Shown here: in pieces, positions 40,810 through 55,917 of the stretch
Layout: each line of letters opens with the position of its first letter
How positions within the stretch are numbered: the stretch's first letter is position 1
Assembly: GCF_006345805.1 (NCBI RefSeq)
Contig: NC_043001.1
Span: 71,672,001 to 71,736,000 of the forward strand
Source of the DNA: Octopus sinensis
Lineage: Eukaryota
Length of the DNA: 64,000 nucleotides
Direction of reading: 5' to 3'
Notes under the pieces: model-generated
What the model was told of the DNA's origin: nothing
What the model saw: only the letters and a program-made list of their open reading frames with translations
Databases searched by the model: none
Program-made: the position numbers and the translations under genes

Positions 40810-41010
40810 ATAGACACAAGGCCTAGAATTTGTGGGGAGGGGTATAGTCGATCACATCGCCCAAGTACTTGACTGGTACTTAATTTATCGACCCCGAAAT
40901 CATGACAGGCAAAGTCGACCTCGGCATAATTTGAACACAGACGTAAGGACGGTTGTAATGCCGCTAAGCATTTTGCCTGGCGTTCTAACGATTTTGCCAG
41001 CTCGCCTATA
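40810..41010 (-). mobile_element. Octopus-type SINE
   Basis: gacacaaggcc...ggcaaagtcgacctcggc...gccagctcgcc. Confidence 0.8.
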
Positions 41011-42229
41011 ATAATAATAATATGAAAAATGGGAAATAATAATAAGTTCAAAACAATTTCAAAACTATATATGATTGCTGGTGAAGCATTATAAAATAAT
41101 TGCTACGACAGTTTAGTAAAAGTGGCATGTTAATCATACTGCTAGCAACAGAAGACCAATTATTTTAAGGATGAAAAAAAAACGTAAATGATTGATATAT
41201 TTGACTAAAAATAAGTTTTCAACAGAATAACAAGTTGACAGGCTGGAAAGTCAAAAACGATCTCGTTGTCATCGTCGTTGTTGTTGCTGCTGTTGCTGCT
41301 ACCGCTTTTGCTGTTGTTGTTGCTTTAATTTTCATTTTGTTTTTTGTTGTTGTTTTTTATCATTACTCCATAGCTAACATCTTGTTTTGTTACCACGAAT
41401 TAATATTTTCAGAACACTTCAAGGGAATCCAGTCGTGAAATATTCAGAAAGAGAAAATATTTTTTCAGTGTCAGGAATAGTTAAGAGGTCAGTCATTTGG
41501 AAAGTTTGTATAATTTCTGTTACCCAGGCAGAACAAATCTGCATTTGTTGTTATTATAGTTGTTGCTTTCATTTGTTTTCTTTACAGACATCAAGGTATG
41601 AAGACAACTTTGTTTTATACAATTTTGTATATATCCTATTCGTTCAATGAACCGGTGAGATATATGAAGATATATGTATAGGATATTAACCAGATAATTA
41701 CAATAACTTTACACTTTTTATTATTGTTATATTGATAGCTGAAAGGCACACGGTCCAAATAGTTGTAAATAGTTGTCCAAAGTAAGCACATTAAAGTATG
41801 ACAATTGGTAAGATCATTGCATAATTAACGATTGTCTAGCTAGCTTGCAGTATTAACCTCTCCTAGTATTACAGTCGTACGACATAATAACACGCATACA
41901 TAGGCCACTCGCCAAGTGGACATAACATGAACATGGCATAAAGGAGAAAAAGAAAGGGTTAAAGACAAGATCTCATTTCATTCGTCTAATCTCGATAAAT
42001 TTCTGTAACCTATTATAATCAAATATATGTATGTGTGCGTATGTATCTGTATGTATGCATGTGTGTGTATGCGTGTGTGTGCGCGTGTGTGGTTGTGTGT
42101 GTGTGTGTGTGATGTGTGTGTGTGTGTGTGTGTGCCACAGTGTCACGGTATCGATATGATGTATAGAATGTTCTTATACATCACTAGTCACAATGCGCTT
42201 TGCATTCTATTAGCTTTCGAATGCTGACA

Positions 42230-42400
42230 AGGCAAGCAGGCCAACATTCCCCCAGATTGGTAGGCTATTCCGCCTCAGGGAGCAACATGAAATAAAGTGT
42301 TTTGCCACAAGAACAAAACGCGCCGCCCATTCGGATATTGAACCCACGATTTAGCGATTGAGGGTGCAATAACCCTAATCACTAAGTCATGCGTTTTCAT
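42230..42400 (-). mobile_element. Degenerate tRNA-derived SINE
   Basis: aaagtgttttgccacaagaac..attgaacccacga..ccctaatcactaag. Confidence 0.5.
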
Positions 42401-42414
42401 GCTGGTATACACAC

Positions 42415-42496
<82 letters not shown>

Positions 42497-42675
42497 ACAT
42501 CATGAAAATTTTTAAGATTCGAGAGAATGTGAAATAATTCTTATTTGGGACAGTGGATTTTGAAGCAGATGATAAAGTTATATATAATAGCTTGTATAGA
42601 TTGGCTTAGAAAATAGTGGGATCGAAAAAGTTGAAAGCAGCCTCTGACTTTTGCTACCCAATATTTACATGCTTT

Positions 42676-42890
42676 AAAGGCGGCGAGCAGGCAGAATCTT
42701 TAGCATGCCAGGCGGAAATGCTTAACAACATTTCGTCCGTCTTCAGGTTCTGAATCCAAATTCCGCAGAGGTCGACTTTGCCTTTCATCCTTTCAGGTGT
42801 GATAAAATAAGTACCAGTTGAGTGCTGGGGTCGACGCTATTGACTTAACTCCTCCCCGAAATTACTGTCTTGTGCCAAATTTGAAATCGA
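42676..42890 (+). mobile_element. Octopus-type SINE
   Basis: aaaggcggcgagcaggcagaatc...gaggtcgactttgcctttcatcc...tgtgccaaatttgaaa. Confidence 0.85.
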
Positions 42891-42948
42891 TGTTTACATG
42901 CATATATATATGTGTGTAGATATATTATATTATATATATATATTATAT

Positions 42949-43021
<73 letters not shown>

Positions 43022-43096
43022 TATATATCGATATGTATATATATATATATAATATATAGATATATATATGTGTGTGTGTGTGTGTTGTGTGGTATA

Positions 43097-44006
43097 CTAG
43101 GTCTGATTAGTAAGTATCCGGATTGTTGCCATTGTAACGAAGCTAAAGCAAATAGAGTGAAGCCGCTCGACTAAGATTGATCTCAAATTCAATTGTGCAT
43201 ACGCACCAAGTTTTGATGTTCTCGTTCACTTCCGCTCTTTACAGTAGTGCTTGGAAGGGAGTTATGTAGAGTGTGATCGTCGCATTGACCACGACAAAGA
43301 AAGCTGTCATGGCGATACCTGTTAATAAGCCTACTCAAAGTTGCAGAAAGTGTATGAGCCACACACAAGTGTACGAGTGGTTTAGACGTTTCCAAGATGA
43401 CCGAAAGAATGTCGATATTGACGAACGTTCTGGGAGACCCACAACTAGGAGAACTGAGAAAAACATCGCAGATGTCCGTGCAGCTGTGAAGGGAAATCGT
43501 CGGATCACCATCCGTGAGTTATCAGAGGATGTGCAAATTAGTTGCGGTTCAGTTCAGTTCATTATCACTGAAGATTTGGGTATGAGACGCGTGTCTGCTA
43601 AGTTTGTGCTAAAAGTTTCTTTGTAAGCCCTAGTAACGACGGTGTCCTTTTTTACTGAACCACAAAGTTACTGTAACATAAACACACCAACATGCTTGAT
43701 TGTGTCGAGAACGATGAAAACTTTTTTGAAAACTTTCCGTAGGCCTCTGAACAGGTATCGCTAAGCTTTTGGCAAAATTTGATACAGAGTCTCTGCTCAA
43801 CTTTCTCTGCCATAGTCAAGGCGACTATCACACGCTAAACACATTCCTTCCAAGCACTACTGTAAACAGCGAAAGTGAGCTAGAATGTTAAAACACAGTG
43901 CGCATGCACAGCAGAGTTGAAGGTCAACTTGTGCCAAGCAGCTTTACTTTGCGTGCTTTAGCTTCGCTACGTTGGTAACAGTCCGGATACTTATATATAG
44001 ACCACA
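43097..44006 (+). mobile_element. Internally deleted mariner element
   Basis: TIRs of about 110 bp (ggtctg..taagtatccggattgttgcc..gaagctaaagca / tgctttagcttcg..ccggatactta..agacc) with TA flanks. ORF 43273-43626 reads VYEWFRRF..RSGRP..NRRITIRELSE..LGMRRVSAKFV. Confidence 0.9.
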
Positions 44007-44049
44007 TATATAATATAATATATAATATATATATATTATATATATATAG

Positions 44050-44200
44050 TTGGAATTTACAAAAAAAAAAGACGAAGACGGGTGTGTAAACAACAAACAG
44101 ATGTATTAATTTAACGTTCTTTTACGTTCGAGCCTACGTTCTTCAATAGAAATGAACAAAGAAATAAGCAGAGAGAGAAAATAAAAAAAGATTAGTGGCT
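44050..44200 (-). mobile_element. Short PLE-terminus-like repeat with degenerate hammerhead
   Basis: The minus strand reads ttctattgaagaacgtaggctcgaacgtaaaaga. The tail matches 32600-32662. Confidence 0.45.
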
Positions 44201-44259
44201 AGCGATCAATCATGGCTATATTATATATATATGAGTGTTCATGGCTTATAATATATAAT

Positions 44260-44300
<41 letters not shown>

Positions 44301-44399
44301 TATATATATATATATATATAATAGAGTGTTCAAGCTAAATTTGACAGTTTTACATATAAAGAAAACTCTATATCCTATCCAAAAACTAAAAGAACTTTA

Positions 44400-45130
44400 A
44401 AAAATCAAAATATTTCAACTAAATTGTGGTTGAGAGGTAACGGAACTTGGCGCATCCGTTTCTCACTGAATCCCTGGAAGGATCTTCAAACACCACCTTG
44501 GTCTTGGCCACCAGCTCGGCCGTGGTGTTGCTTGTAGAACGGTTGGTGTTTTTCTCAGCCGTGCCCTACACATAATAATCCATGGGATTACAATCGAAGA
44601 AATTAGAATGCAAGAAATTTAGACTGTTGAAGTCGTAAATATTCTCCGACAACCACCTCTGACTCATTCCAGAAGTATGGTAAGGAACCGAATCATGTCA
44701 CACATATGGCCTTCCAGTAGCAAACCCGCTCCAGCCAAGGTTTGACCACAATCTCCAGCAGCTTCATATTGCCATCTAAATTGAACCCAAGGCCCTGTTC
44801 AAAGATGTGGAGCAGCATGACGTCTGCCTCACTGGAGACACAGTCAAAGAACATCACAGTATGCGGGAACTTGGTTTACCTGATGCTCATGTCACATCTT
44901 GCAGCCTTTACAATATTCATGGAGATTTGAGCGGCAGTCATGATGTTGGCATTTTAATACCCGGCGTGAAGCATCATGATACGTGTAACTCTCTTCCAAT
45001 ATTCAGATAACTTTCATTCCTCCATGTTAGCTAACTTTTTCTCCAAATACCGTTGACTTTTCTTGAAAATAGGACACACGAAATCGTCAGATTTAATCCG
45101 AATACTGTAGTTGAACTGACTTCGAAGTCA
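44400..45130 (-). mobile_element. Tc1/mariner-superfamily (maT/DD37D-like) transposase remnant
   Basis: KTKFPHTVMFFDCVSSEADVM.LHIFEQGL..VVKPWLERVATGRPYV..DS.PYHTS..SQRWLSEN..CNPMDYYV. Confidence 0.75.
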
Positions 45131-45399
45131 CGACTAACTTACAAGCATCAAACTTGTCAGATCATGGTGAGCAACATGTGTGAAAGTGTGTGTGTGTGTG
45201 TGTGTGTGTGGTGTATGTGTGGTGTGTGTGGTGTGTGTGTGGTGTGTGTGTGTGTGTGGTGTGTGTGTGTGTGTGTGTGTGTACGATTGAATAAACGAGC
45301 AATAGAAACTTGCATTCAACACAAATTTGGTTGAAGTTGCATGTATTTAATAACAGTTTGGCTCAGCTCCTCATCATAGTTTTAAAATGTTTTTTTTAA

Positions 45400-46560
45400 T
45401 ACCCTTTGTTTAGGTCATGTACTTGCGTACGTAATCATAGCGTTGCCAGTTATTTCATTGATAACTCCACGTAGTTGTGGAAGTAGGATGCTGACTCACT
45501 TTACCGGTATTCTGCAGAATATGTTTACCAGTACCAATTCTTTACATTGGATACCGCTCGTAGTAGGGTAGGCAAGATACTGGTGTATTTCAATCAATTA
45601 ATCATCACTGTGTGGAATGTGATACTTACCGATGACAGTTATTACGTGGGAGTGACTGATTTGATAGTGTCAGATTACAAATGAGTTCGCGTAGACCACA
45701 TAAATATATAGTCTCTCCAAGCAGCGGATATTGTGTGCCCCGCCATTCTTTGGTGGGAGTCAGCTAGCCTAGGGTGTATATCCGGGTTATCAGCGGCCAA
45801 AGGTTTGAAGTTCATTTACAGAGCATACATTTGGTGACAGCAAGTAGCTAGTTTGTTTTTCCAGCTGATGAATACTGCGCACTGATGGAGTATGTGCAAT
45901 TTCTCACAGAAGCAGAGCTGGCTTTTAGGGACTCCAAATGTGCAGAGAGGAGCCCTATCATATATGTTTCTTTAGTTACTTACTGACTGTCATACCCATA
46001 CATTTTCTTGCCAACGGATGACGTGAGATTGGCTCTATACACCACCGCCTTTGAGAGGTAGCATTCTCACAGTGGGTAGTTGGCAGGGTTTGGCAGATAT
46101 AGATTGGAGTGTACGGTGGAGACTATGTGCTTGCATGTTTGCTTACGTTGGGGCATGTAATGCTGGAAGTAATATTATCTAAGTCTGAGTAGCTAACCTC
46201 GACGCTATAGGAATAAAAGAGGAGTTTTTAATGCCTATGGGTTATTCGGGAATGCTTTCTAATTACGGAGCTTCTAGCCTTGTTAGTGAAAACTTCTAGA
46301 TTGAAGGAAGGAGTAAACATATTACTTTTCTCTTTCTAACTGGATTGGAAGTTGGATGTGGGGTGTATGAATTTTTTTTTTTAAGATTCCTGTATAAGCA
46401 ATCTGATGTGTCAGCGACCTCAGCTCCGTCATAGTTCTTCATGGATACGTCGAACTGTGGGCCTACCTTTTAGCCCAATAGAAACAGCGTGACTTTCCAC
46501 CGTTCCTCATAACTCTGATACCTAGGTCACAAATTCTGGTGAATTGTTTACAGAAGTCTA
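45400..46560 (-). mobile_element. Possible very old LINE remnant
   Basis: GC-richer, coding-like composition with only weak endonuclease-like hints and no intact motif. Confidence 0.25.
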
Positions 46561-49522
46561 GAACTTGCAAGAGAAGAGGCTTCGATATCGAAGAATGGAA
46601 TTCACAATATTATATTGTGTGTATATATATATATATATATTATATATATATATATATTATATATATATATATTATAATATATATATATTGTTTTATACGA
46701 TCACTCATATGCATAAATCACGCTACTAATAGTTTCACGTACATGGAAACCCGAGTACGTTCTTCAGGCGTGGTCTATTCTACCAAACCAAGCAGTTTAA
46801 AACAATATTTTTACACGCGCTATATGGAGTACTCTTTTTGCTGAACCTTATTACACGGAGCAATTTATATATATATATAACACGTAAGTATTATTGCGAG
46901 GTATAAACAACTGCGGTTTTATGGTCATTGAATGCGTTTTGAACTCAGATCCTGCCATGGTTGACTGTATTTTTTTTCATTCTTACTGAGTTGATGATAC
47001 CAGAACATGCAATACACGGACTCCATTCATTATATTTTTTTTCATTAATTTTAGACTACAGATATAACAGAGCTCATATTATTATATTTATTTCAACGAC
47101 GATATATAAAATTAGACCCATATTAGAGTCAAAGCTTTGATATAGCATTTACATCAAACATAAGAGGAAACTGCATATTGGCATTACTGATTACCCGTGG
47201 CTGCTATTTTCAAAAGAATTCTTTCCAAAATTCTTTATTAAAAGCAACTATCATTTCTTGGGATAAAAAAGGGAAAATGGTATAATACCTCATGACAGAT
47301 TTGGTGAATTTAAAGCAATAATAGCTGCGACAGTATGTATTTTCGTCTTTAAGAACCTGTTTAGCTTATTCAACTTCATAAACAAATTGAAGTCACGAAC
47401 GAGATTTGTTATCGTGCGGGGAGTGAAAGTTTAAATTTCGATAGTGTAATCTACTAAACATTGTGTTAAACAAAAGAGGGAATAAATTTCAGATCAATCT
47501 CTGCCGTTTCGAGTTCAAATCCATTGAGTGCAATATAGTATTTAATCCTTTCCACTTGAAAGTTTACTTTCTGCTGGTGTGCATATACAAGGAAAGCAGA
47601 ATTCCCTAACGACAAAAGAGAATTGCAAACTCATTAGGATTATGTTATTATGTTAAAATGTCGTAAACTGTACTCGTTATTCTCATTTTGCCATTTTTAT
47701 TTTTATTTTTTTTACCCAGAATAATGAATATTGGGGTACAGCTATAAACCTTGCAAGAATTTAAATTCAGAAATATATGTCAACAAATTAATTTTAAATA
47801 TTTCATTTTGCTTTAACAGTAGAAATATTACTGGCGGAAATTCACGAAGGAAACCGTTCTGCTCAACATTTTTAGTAAAATTCGAACGTTGTGATAACAG
47901 AGTAAAGTTTATATAATGATGTCACTGCATGGGTTAACACATATTAGATAATGCTTCTAGATATAAAATTAAAAAGTAAATAATAACGAATAAATTATCG
48001 GCTAAGAAATTGTTGTGATAAACATAAGATGGAAAATAAAAATATTTGGTGAAAACCAAACATCTATAAAACTGCTGTTTGTTTCTCAAAAACTTTTCAT
48101 TCAGAATAAATCATCCAAGGGGAATTAACGATAAATTTCAAAACCCTTCGAGAAATATCAAATCGCCCCGTTCGCATACACATATACATGTGTGTATGGT
48201 AAATACACACACAGGCGCAGGCACACACAGGCGCAGGCACACACACACACATATATGTATATATTTATATGTATACATTCATATATAATTATAAATATAT
48301 ATAAATATATATAAATATATAAATATATACATATATATATATAGATATAGATACATACATGTATATATGTACACTTTATCTATATGTATTTCTAGATATA
48401 TACACAAATATATACGTATATACGTATATACTAACCCCATATATTATAGATATATATAATATATATATATACATGTATGGATATTATGTATATATATAAA
48501 TTCATGCATATATACATATATGTATAATATATTTATATATTTATACATATACAAATATATGTATGCTTGTGTGCGTGTGCATACATAAATATCTATACAT
48601 ATACATATATGCATATATAAATCCGTACATACAAACATACGAACATGCATGTGAACATAGATTGAGACATAGAAACAAACGCCTACATGTCTTCAGTTTT
48701 GACAAATCTTGTCCACTTTTTTTAAATAATAAACATAATTTTTCTGTCAACAATCCTGAAATTCAGAATTTATTATTATCATCATCACCATCATCACCAT
48801 CATTTTCATCATCATCCTCATCATCATCGTCGTCGTTGTCGTCGTCATCATCATCATCATCATACGATAAAGAGATTCAAACAATTTCTATGCTAACACT
48901 CCTTCCGATAGCTTTTGTCATGTACTTTTTATATACAAAATAACAAATCGTCTAGAAATGGCTTGCATGTTGGTGGCTTTTATCTTTTCAGCAATTTGTT
49001 AATATTAACATCTTATTACGTATATATTGCAATTATGATACACAGCCGTACATATTTACAAACATACATGTATATTATATAGTTGTGTATATGTATATAT
49101 ACATGTATGCAAATTATATGTGTATATATATATATATAAATATATAATATATATATATTATATGTATGCAATATATAGTATATGTATTATATGTATGTAT
49201 ATATGTATATAATATATATTAATATACATGTATATTATTTAATACATGTATCTATATATATATAATATAATATATATATATATGGACACTGGAGATGAAC
49301 AGACAAATAGACATAGAGCAGAAGGGTATGTGGAGATATGTGGATAGATACATACATACATACATACATTCATTCATGCATATAGTTATATATTTATATT
49401 ATGTATTGTACTATAATTTTATACTCTTTTATATTGCCATATAATATATTAAATTATCTGTATTGTTCATTATATAAAATTTATATATGTAAATATATAT
49501 ATGTACATTTGTATGTGTGTTC

Positions 49523-49554
<32 letters not shown>

Positions 49555-50214
49555 TCTCACACACACACACACATATACATATATATATATGTACACACAC
49601 ACATACATATATATTTGTGGGTACACCCATGTATAAGCGCGTGTGTGTGTATGTGTGTATGTGTGTGTGTTAAATTCTGTAGAATGTATATACCTATTTA
49701 TTATACACTAAATTTTTAAACTCCTATGCGATGCCACAATTTTAAATGTCATTTTTTCAACCTTCCATATTGAAATATTCGTTATATTTTCGTTTGCTAT
49801 TTTCTTCGTTATCTTCTTAACCGCTAAATGTTTATTCGGTTGGATATTGATGAAAGCTGCTATTTAAATAGATGATGCCAGCTCCCTGTTTTTTCACTAA
49901 GGAAGTTTAAAGAGTTAATAGCTCTACTGCATATCATCTTTTTGCAAACTATCCATTTTCTAATTTGATGTGGTCGTAAACTGTTAGAAAAAGTTTCAAT
50001 ATGTTTGCAATATTCACAAAAGATACATATTCGAAAATTGATTTTATAATTTATCACAGAGATACAGCTGTCTATCTTTGTTGCCAGCTTCATTGAAATA
50101 CTTTGCGCTGTTCTTGCTTGCTGCAGTTTAGGTTCAAACTCGCTCATGTTAAGTCTCGTTTCATTCTTTGGGGATTTGATAAAATAAAGTATCAATAACG
50201 TACGAATAAAGTAC

Positions 50215-50314
50215 NNNNNNNNNNNNNNNNNNNNNNNNNNNNNNNNNNNNNNNNNNNNNNNNNNNNNNNNNNNNNNNNNNNNNNNNNNNNNNNNNNNNNN
50301 NNNNNNNNNNNNNN
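50215..50314. other. Assembly gap (100 N)
   Basis: Direct reading. Confidence 1.
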
Positions 50315-50870
50315 CAAGATCTTTCTTGGTATTCTAACCGGCTTTGCCAACCTACAAACCTTGACAGGTGCAATAATTAATAGCGTAAACAACAACAGCA
50401 GTAATATTAAAAGTAATAATATTAAGTTTGTGTGAATCGTTTATCTCCGGTTGATATCGACTTTCCACTAACATAATCGCCAACAATGTACAGTAACTAA
50501 AACGGTACAACAATAACAATAACTACATTTGCCACTACAACTGCTACTGCTGTTGTTATGTGGTCGGTAAGAAATAGAAATATAAACAGCGGCAATTATA
50601 CATAAACACATATATACAATTGATTTGTTTACTGCAGTCACTGCAATATTAATGAATCTATTCAGAACAGAAATAACGTTTGTTTATTGAGTATTGCAGT
50701 ATTTTATGTGCTGTGTGAACTATGTGTTTGCATATGTGCACATATATATGTGCATGTATACTGCATATATATATACATATATACATATCTATATATGTGT
50801 GTGTGTAGTTATGTATGTGCATATGTGTGCATGTATATATGTATATATATATATATATGTGTGTGTGTGC

Positions 50871-50903
<33 letters not shown>

Positions 50904-51008
50904 CATACATATATACATACATATGGAGTAGAGATAGATAGATAGTTATTAGTATATAGATATATATTTATGTACATATAAGCATATACATTGTATTATG
51001 TGTGTATA

Positions 51009-51057
<49 letters not shown>

Positions 51058-51284
51058 CGTATGTATATACATATATATACATATATATATGTATGTATAA
51101 AGCACTGTTTTAATATACATACACACATATCTACCTGTCTATATATATATATCCAATATGTTTATGCATATAATTACATGTATAAATATACCCTATATAT
51201 GTATATATTATATTATGTGGTGTGTGTGTGTATACATATATTTTATATGTATATATATATATATATATATAATATAATGTGTGT

Positions 51285-51320
<36 letters not shown>

Positions 51321-52409
51321 TATATATATCTAAGTATATAAACATAAATATATATCTATATATGAATTACATATATATATATATTATATATATATGTGTG
51401 GGTGTGGTGTGTGTGTGTGTGTGTGTGTGTATACGTATGTATACACACACACACATAAAAAACTTAAGTATTGACATACATATATATATTTATAGGATCG
51501 CAATATAATAACTGAAAAAGGGAAAAGTATAAGTAAATACCTAAACGCACATACGCACATTTATTACAAACACGCGCGCACTAACAAACAAACCAATGGG
51601 CAAATGCCCAACACGAAGACAATAAATTCATGTTATTGTTTACTGGTGTTGTTTCCTGTTTTATGTTTTCCTTTCAATAAATGGCAAATGATTACAGTTT
51701 GCTGAGGAGTTGAGTTGGAGCGAGTACCGTTTCAAAAGATCGAGGTTCGTATCCTGTCACTGACATTCTCGTGCCTCCAGGGTTCAATACATTTACATAC
51801 ATTTACAATCGTAATTAAACCGGTAATAATATCTATTTTTGCATCATACACGTGATGAAATAAGAATATAAACATTGTTTCTATGCTATTAATGTACTGG
51901 AAAAAAAGAGTCTCCTGATAGTCTATTTCTCGGTTTGTTAACGCTTCCTCATATAAGACGTGCCTGATTTCTTCCATAATCAATAGCACAGAGCAGTTAT
52001 CTGATATATAAAGCAGCCATAAGTTAAAGTAGGACTCTGACGTATAACCTAATTTGCGTATTTGTGATTCAGACTTTTTGGAAAAAATTAAATAATATCT
52101 AATTATGCAAAGTCAACTTCAGCAGTTTTTGAACTCTGATACCACAAAGTATATTGTCGGGTACTCTATTAATTTTGCCAGACCACTGCTTTCGTCCGTT
52201 ATAACAAAACCTTTACAAATAGGTTAAAGTTTCTGAATAACTAACATCAGTGGTTTATTTTCTAAAATATACTAATTAATTGCATCTAGTCGAATAAAAA
52301 ATCACATATCGGTTGATACGACAATTACAGTGAAGTATTTGTTTCACAAATAAGTCTTATGTGTCCGTTAACTGCTTGAATGAATGTAATGCTATTAGTA
52401 AATGAGCTA

Positions 52410-52625
52410 ATGCGGGAAACTGGTAAAATCGTTAGTACGCCGTACAAAATATTTAGCAGTATTCCGTTCGTCTTTACATTCTCGGTTCAAATTCTACCGA
52501 GGCCTACTTTGTCTTTTATTCTTTTGGGGTCGATAAAATAAGTGCTATTTGAATACTGGGGTCGATATAATCGACTAACACCTTTCTCGAAATTGCTGGC
52601 CTTGTGCCAAAATTTGAAACCAATA
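52410..52625 (+). mobile_element. Octopus-type SINE
   Basis: ttcaaattctaccgaggcctactttg...gctggccttgtgccaaaatttgaaacc. Confidence 0.75.
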
Positions 52626-52825
52626 TTAGTAAATAATCTGATGTTACAAAACATTCCTTGCTGTGTAATTATTTCTAATTTTATATATATATATATATCA
52701 CTGAAATGTAACAGAATGGGCTTTAAGTCAGATGACTTAGCAGAACTAACTCTTCTATAAATATTCATACCCTATATAGTGACATGGTCTTCGCGTCTCA
52801 GGAGTCATGAAATATTGCGTGTGCG

Positions 52826-52868
<43 letters not shown>

Positions 52869-53459
52869 TGTGTGTGTGTGTGTGTGGTGAAACACAAGCG
52901 CGAGCATACACTCATACACACACGCATAATACACACATATACACACGCACAATCACATTAGCTTCATACACACACGCGTGTGCACTCACACACGCACACA
53001 CATACACACATGTCAGGTTCACATTTGTCTCGCTTGCCACCCTCGCTTCAAGTTACTTCTCAAATTCTCCCACCAGTCTCTACCAACCTCTTCCACCTCC
53101 GGTCATTTCAGCATGCGGTGACTGTCTAATTGAGATACGTTTGTTCTTTCCCCTCTTAATATTATTAACTATTCTTGATATGAAATATTACTGTGTAACC
53201 CCTCTGGCCAGTTATCACAATTGCCTAATTTTGGAGCAAATACTTAACTAAAATTTGGTATTTCATTCTTTAAAGATTCGTACATATCGATCAAGTAAAA
53301 ACAAATTCGATTTCGGAAACATCAAAGAAGATTCTTACGTTAAGAATATTCAGAGAGATGTTTATCAAAAACTGATTTATGCACGACCTTTGTAATATTT
53401 CATTAGAATTCTTTTGAGAAATAATAGTGTATGTATGTATGTATGTATGTATGTATGTG

Positions 53460-53551
<92 letters not shown>

Positions 53552-53636
53552 GTATGTATGCATGTATGTACGTATATATGTATACATATATGTATTCATG
53601 CATATATATATATATGTATATATGTATGTATGTATG

Positions 53637-53685
<49 letters not shown>

Positions 53686-53750
53686 CATATATGTATTTAT
53701 GCATATATATACATATATATATACATATATATATATATATAATATATATA

Positions 53751-53805
<55 letters not shown>

Positions 53806-55429
53806 GGAGTGTCCTTTCATCAGAATATGGACATGTATGATTCGAAACAATTTCAACAATACAATTTCAGGATATGCCAATAAAGTTGCTAAGATGGCTT
53901 TTATCTTTCCAGAAAATGAACTTTACATAATATATATATATATTAGCCCTCTTTTAGCATGACCTTAGCCGGCAGTACAAAACAGAAGATAATTTCAACA
54001 TTGAGATTTATCAAAAGCTGAGAACAAGTATAAAATTATGATTTATTCTTCCAGATTATACCTCAGTCAGATTATATTTAATGTCTTCAATAGAACCACA
54101 TGAAATTGTGTAGAGTGGGAATTAGTTTTGTATTTTAAGAATCCAATGAAATGATGCTTTGTAAGAAGATTTTTGACACAAGCTCATGGGGAGTGTACCA
54201 CTGAACTAAATGAAATCTTTTGTTTACGTATTGACTAATTAATATACCGTATTTACTCATGTATAAGTAGCCCTTTAAAACATAATTTTACATTAAAAGA
54301 CTGGAGTATAGCATATATAGGAGGCAAAGCTAAAACTATGAAAGGAAAAAATTATACCAAGATTTGACACTAAATTTGGGGTGCGACTTATACACGAGTA
54401 AATATGGTGCCTCTTTGAGAGTATTTCTGCCATTGTAATCACATTTTAAGAAAGTAAACATAAACCAATCACCACATTTTTAAAATAAAAATACTTTATT
54501 TCACATTTTGAAGTTTGAAAATGAATATTATAATAATAAATTTTATTTCAAATACGTGGAATTGGCGTAACTAATTACTTTTAATTCTTTTTGTCGTCCA
54601 GCTATGATTTCCGTTTACAAAATTCTTAGTGACATTCAGTAAGATTTTTCGTTAAGAAAGATTCCATAATGTGACATTGTCATGTCATGGTCTCCGTTTA
54701 TGATCTGATGGAATAATTGTAATGAAAATATTCTTGTGGTGCATCAACGTTATTGCATTCATTATCATCAGAACATCCATTCCAATAATGCCCATAATAC
54801 AAATCTGCCAAAGAATACGCTAACATAGGAATTTTTAAGATATTTAATTGGTTGTCAAGATGAACACAGAAATACAGTTTTCTTTAAAATATTTTCAAAG
54901 ATGATTTGATAAAAAAAGAAATCATGTTTCCCAATAATTGCTTACGAAATTGACTGAGATGTTTTGACAGTTTCTCCCTCTGGAAATATATAGTTATTTC
55001 TCATGTTTTCTGCGCTTTTAACTTTTGCAGTCATTTTTTTCTCGAAATTAATCGAGCAAAGAGTATAGGGAGTATTCGAAATTACTCTCAGTTTGTGCAT
55101 GCTGCTAATTTTACTCTATGTAGCTCTTAAGATGGGAGACTTCAACCATTTTATAGTTTTTCCCACATCTCACCATTACATCCTGAGATCAAATTTTGTC
55201 AGTTCACTTGTGTCACGGCGACATAAGTACCAGGAATGTACTAGAGTTGACTCAGTTTATTTAAGTTATTACTTTTGTAATAGGGAACTAAAAAGCCAAA
55301 AACAGTTGCATTCCTTGCAGGTTGAACATATCTTTATATTACTCTAACTCTATAATTATAAATATTGAAATATAAGTGAGTTTACACACACACACACACA
55401 CAGATTTATATATATATATATATATATAT

Positions 55430-55917
55430 ATGCGTGCATGAAAAGTAATACTCTTAAGATTATAAACCTGGAAAAGTAGGGGATTAGTTATTACACCTGG
55501 AAAAGTATAGGACAAGCTATTACTTCTAGTAAAGTAAAGAATAAGAAACTTTTTACTTAAAATATTGCAGCAAAGAACGCCAGTTTCTCTAATTTATCAC
55601 TCTTTACAGTTCTCGTCTTTTAAATTTATTGTACAAAACTGTTCAGCTAATTTGTAAGTTTGTCTAATTAGTCACTTTTTCTGTATTTAAGGTAGTAATT
55701 AGTCAAATTCTACTTAAATAAGTATAGTGTTATTTGTAAAGTATAATAAAATAATTTCTAATATTCAAATTTTAATTTTAGCTGCAATATTTTAAGTGAA
55801 AAGTTTCTTATTCTTTACTAGAAGTAATAGCTTGTCCTACACTCTTCCAGGTGTAATAACTTTTCCTGTACTTTTCCAGGTTTATAATCTTAAGAATATT
55901 ACTTTTCATGCTCGCAT
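55430..55917. mobile_element. Long-TIR foldback MITE
   Basis: Arms of about 140 bp: atgcgtgcatgaaaagtaatactcttaagattataaacctggaaaagt... (55430-55575) and the reverse complement at about 55780-55917. Confidence 0.8.

Noticed and set aside
54602-54638. 37-nt plus-strand exon-like segment (AMISVYKILSDI) with good splice signals
   Set aside because: Very short, antisense to the candidate minus-strand terminal exon region, and has no independent support.
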